Shown here in pieces: positions 61,822 through 64,000 of a stretch of 64,000 bases of DNA. The position numbers were made by a program, and so were the translations under genes. The notes beneath the pieces were generated by a model. That model was not told the DNA's origin. It was given only the letters and a program-made list of their open reading frames with translations, and searched no databases. This DNA is from a virus (taxonomy: Duplodnaviria > Caudoviricetes): positions 1 through 64,000 of the IMG/VR virus record IMGVR_UViG_3300020036_008739; one strand, 5' to 3'. Position 1 is the stretch's first letter; each line of letters begins with the position of its first letter.

Positions 61822-61944
61822 TCATTGCTTACCTCCACGGTTGTGGCGACGTTTTTTGCCACCACGATTGTGTTTGATTACGGTGATCCCTTTGAACAAG
61901 GGGGTGTCAATGAGGTGGTTTTCGGTTTTCTTCACGGGGGTCAT
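61822..61944 (-). CDS. 40-aa basic peptide with duplicated HNRGGK motif
   Basis: ATGA overlap with the upstream ORF stop; C-terminus KHNRGGKKRRHNRGGKQ. Confidence 0.55.
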   Translation of the reverse strand: MTPVKKTENHLIDTPLFKGITVIKHNRGGKKRRHNRGGKQ

Positions 61945-62114
61945 CTCCCAACGGTTGGTGAATTGAGCAAGTTGCTCGGTGGATAAGCGCAAAGAGAGTG
62001 TGTGGTAAATAAAGCTTCGTAATCCGAAGCTTTCCCACCCCAACGCTCAGCCCGTTCTTTTGCAGAGGGGACTAAAATAATCGGTTTACCGCAGAGGGTG
62101 CATTTGCGAGGCAT
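61941..62114 (-). CDS. Small Cys-containing protein (CTLCGKPI...THSLC)
   Basis: GGAG RBS before MPRKC; possible Zn finger. Confidence 0.6.
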   Translation of the reverse strand: MPRKCTLCGKPIILVPSAKERAERWGGKASDYEALFTTHSLCAYPPSNLLNSPTVGR

Positions 62115-62374
62115 GGCGATCTCCACCAGAACAGGTTGGTTTTCTCAGTGTCTAGGACGGAGCCTACATACTGAGCGTTGAAAACAGGAGCTTCAAAAAG
62201 CTCCCCCTTACGCACGATCATCAGTTCAAATCGGCGTAAGGGTTTGTTAAATGGTTGAACAACGTACACATAAGGCACATTGTTAATTCGAGAATACTTG
62301 ATGATTCGTGATCCTTCAGGAAGCACCAAACCTTGGCGTGTAAAACGCCCAAGTTTGTATTTTACGATCTGCAT
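62072..62374 (-). CDS. Hypothetical protein
   Basis: GGAG RBS overlapping the base of hairpin copy C; start MQIVKY. Confidence 0.65.
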   Translation of the reverse strand: MQIVKYKLGRFTRQGLVLPEGSRIIKYSRINNVPYVYVVQPFNKPLRRFELMIVRKGELFEAPVFNAQYVGSVLDTEKTNLFWWRSPCLANAPSAVNRLF

Positions 62375-62383
62375 ATTGATCTC

Positions 62384-62430
62384 CAATCAACTTGTAAATG
62401 CACCCCTCAGAGTGCATTAAAAGTTAATTG
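62384..62430 (-). promoter_or_regulatory. Conserved UGAG-tetraloop RNA hairpin, copy C
   Basis: Same upper stem; different 10-bp lower stem CAAUUAACUU/AAGUUGAUUG. Confidence 0.75.
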
Positions 62431-62431
62431 C

Positions 62432-62524
62432 TTAGAATCTGAATAATGACCTCTGATTTGTTTGGGGATTATTCTCATCCACCAAACAAATCAGTGATTG
62501 TGGCTTTGCCTCCAAGAAGGCCAT
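62432..62524 (-). CDS. 30-aa peptide (not in ORF track)
   Basis: TAATG overlap and GGAG RBS; MAFLEAKPQSLICLVDENNPQTNQRSLFRF. Confidence 0.45.
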   Translation of the reverse strand: MAFLEAKPQSLICLVDENNPQTNQRSLFRF

Positions 62525-62922
62525 TATGTTTGCTCCATCAAAGAAATGTCAAAGGGGATAAACGACCCCTTGCCAGTTACAGCATCGGCTGCCCAATAAT
62601 ACCATTGGTTGTCACGAATAAAAACTTCGCAGCCTTTAAACGTTTTGCCAAGTACCTTGGTATAGCCATCAATCACAAAAGGCAAAGGCATCCAACCGCA
62701 AGGGGTTACGATGCGCACCTCTTCAGAACCCATAGCTTGAGGCTTGCTCAAATTGCCTGAAGTCAGGATATAGCCTTCCGGTGTCCGAACCTGCTTCAAA
62801 GCAGGGTAATACGTCCACCCTTCAGGAAGTTTGTGGGTGGTTGTGGCTTTGGCTTGCTCAGGCTCTTCAAAAGATACAACCCAATGATCGTGGTTCCAAA
62901 CCCACCAAATCCGTACTTTCAT
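62524..62922 (-). CDS. Hypothetical protein
   Basis: 132-aa ORF, GAGG RBS. Confidence 0.65.
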   Translation of the reverse strand: MKVRIWWVWNHDHWVVSFEEPEQAKATTTHKLPEGWTYYPALKQVRTPEGYILTSGNLSKPQAMGSEEVRIVTPCGWMPLPFVIDGYTKVLGKTFKGCEVFIRDNQWYYWAADAVTGKGSFIPFDISLMEQT

Positions 62923-63329
62923 TTTACTTTCCTCACGTCAATGATTTGGCCAAGGTTAAGTTGCTCAGCTTCCCAATTGGCTGTGTTTTGATCAGCCGCA
63001 GGTACATGAGCGATATGATAATGAGAGTGCATCCAACGGCCAGTGGGTAACTCTTGACCCATAAGGTGGTGGGGAATATACAAGACCTCATACCAAACCA
63101 CAGCAGCATCCCAAAACAAATAACCATGCTGGCCAAGCGCAACCTTAGCCATTGGGTTACGCTTCATGGAAGCCAGCAGCATTTGTGGAGAGAAATGTTT
63201 TGGTTTGGCTGCTGCGGAAAAACGATGACTCCTTTGAGGTTTACTGGCTTCATAAAGAAACTGAGCAGCTTCCTCACCATTAACCACTCGGCAATCGCCA
63301 CTCTGCGCATCTTGATATACAAAAGCCAT
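62919..63329 (-). CDS. Hypothetical protein
   Basis: 136-aa ORF, GGAG RBS, TAATG overlap. Confidence 0.65.
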   Translation of the reverse strand: MAFVYQDAQSGDCRVVNGEEAAQFLYEASKPQRSHRFSAAAKPKHFSPQMLLASMKRNPMAKVALGQHGYLFWDAAVVWYEVLYIPHHLMGQELPTGRWMHSHYHIAHVPAADQNTANWEAEQLNLGQIIDVRKVK

Positions 63330-63592
63330 TACTTCTTCTCCAAAACAGTGTTGATCTCTCGAAGATCAGCTTCGAGGTTTTGCCGAGCAACCCGAATGTC
63401 TTGCTCAAGAGCTTGAGCCAGTAGTGCGTCCACAGCAAGCAGATTCAAATGCTCTGCCATAAATTCGGTGCGAGGCAATACCTCTTTATTGTTGGCATCA
63501 ATAATTTGGATGTGTAAGCCAGCGCCGTGGTAGGCATCAAAGCCCTTACGCAGCTTTGCTAAAGCCGCGAGTTTCTTTTGGATTTCAGACAT
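63329..63592 (-). CDS. Small coiled-coil hypothetical protein
   Basis: AGGAG RBS downstream of hairpin copy D. Confidence 0.65.
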   Translation of the reverse strand: MSEIQKKLAALAKLRKGFDAYHGAGLHIQIIDANNKEVLPRTEFMAEHLNLLAVDALLAQALEQDIRVARQNLEADLREINTVLEKK

Positions 63593-63609
63593 CGGTTTTC
63601 TCCTGTGGG

Positions 63610-63658
63610 TAAATCTCTTTAGGGAGTCAGCCCTCAGACTGACTCGAAAAGAAATTTA
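63610..63658 (-). promoter_or_regulatory. Conserved UGAG-tetraloop RNA hairpin, copy D (sequence-divergent, structure-identical)
   Basis: GAGUCAGUC-UGAG-GGCUGACUC, UC/CCU internal loop, 11-bp lower stem. Confidence 0.75.
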
Positions 63659-64000
63659 GGTTGACAACATCTCGATAGGTAGTTGCACATTGAGGTTCAC
63701 TACTGGTTTGAATTGGTAGGTGGGTTGCCCTCGCCTTCCCTCCCGAGACGCAGCCCGACAGATTTCATAGGCATCTTGGAGTAAAACCCCCTGATCGCTC
63801 ATGTAGTAGCCAAACCCATTGGTTTGGGCAATCGTGAACGGTATTTTCACAGGCTCACCCTGTTGAATTCCATCTTTGAAAACACGCATCTCATAATGAG
63901 TGACGTGCTCAAACGGTACATCAAGCGAAATAGACTCCCCAACCACACTGTAAAGCCAACAGCGAAGCAAGGCTTCCACCTCGGTCTCACCAGTAATCAC
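63656..64000 (-). CDS. Hypothetical protein, probably 5'-truncated by the window edge
   Basis: Open frame reaching position 64000. Confidence 0.55.
   Translation of the reverse strand: MITGETEVEALLRCWLYSVVGESISLDVPFEHVTHYEMRVFKDGIQQGEPVKIPFTIAQTNGFGYYMSDQGVLLQDAYEICRAASREGRRGQPTYQFKPVVNLNVQLPIEMLST

Larger units (their letters stand above)
1..64000. mobile_element. Segment of a tailed dsDNA bacteriophage genome (siphovirus-type), no host genes seen
   Basis: Complete head/tail/lysis module on +, replication and nucleotide-metabolism module on -, dense small ORFs at the right end. Coding runs off both window edges. Confidence 0.97.

Noticed and set aside
61822-62114. Frameshift joining the CTLCGKP protein to the Arg-rich peptide frame
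   Set aside because: The two ORFs meet at a normal ATGA stop/start overlap and I found no slippery site.
1-64000. Stop-codon reassignment or tRNA genes
   Set aside because: Core genes are intact in the standard code with TAA, TGA and TAG all used as stops. No cloverleaf or T-loop found in the few intergenic gaps by eye; tRNAscan/ARAGORN would confirm.

Overview
The whole window is a segment of a tailed dsDNA phage genome, most likely a lytic siphovirus with a long non-contractile tail and probably a Gram-negative host. The genome continues past both window edges. It has two transcriptional arms. The + strand arm (6546-34746) carries an HTH gene, terminase, portal, protease/scaffold, decoration protein, major capsid, neck, tail tube, frameshifted tail chaperones, a 2129-aa tape measure with a lytic transglycosylase domain, a tail fibre, an M15 endolysin with holin-like genes and a lambda-like M/L/K/I/J tail tip. 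The - strand arm carries early small genes (52-64 kb), a SNF2-like helicase, 5'-3' exonuclease, family A DNA polymerase, resolvase, SbcCD-like nuclease pair, MazG-like hydrolase, ThyX and class Ia RNR, plus prim-pol/SF3 helicase and GroES at 1-6.3 kb. The arms diverge at about 6.3-6.5 kb and converge on a bidirectional terminator at 34748-34775. By eye I found no integrase, RNA polymerase, tRNA, CRISPR array or intein. The most striking unexplained signal is non-coding: four intergenic RNA hairpins in the early region with the same architecture (9-bp stem, UGAG tetraloop, 2x3 internal loop, 8-11-bp lower stem) and compensatory base changes, each just upstream of a Shine-Dalgarno site. Around them are an Arg/Gly-rich 40-aa peptide gene, a two-hairpin structured RNA candidate, and many terminators that either abut the next gene's RBS or contain sigma70 start sites. 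Together these suggest an RNA-structure-based expression-control layer (RNase III processing or antitermination). All protein calls come from motif recognition by eye, with no database searches.
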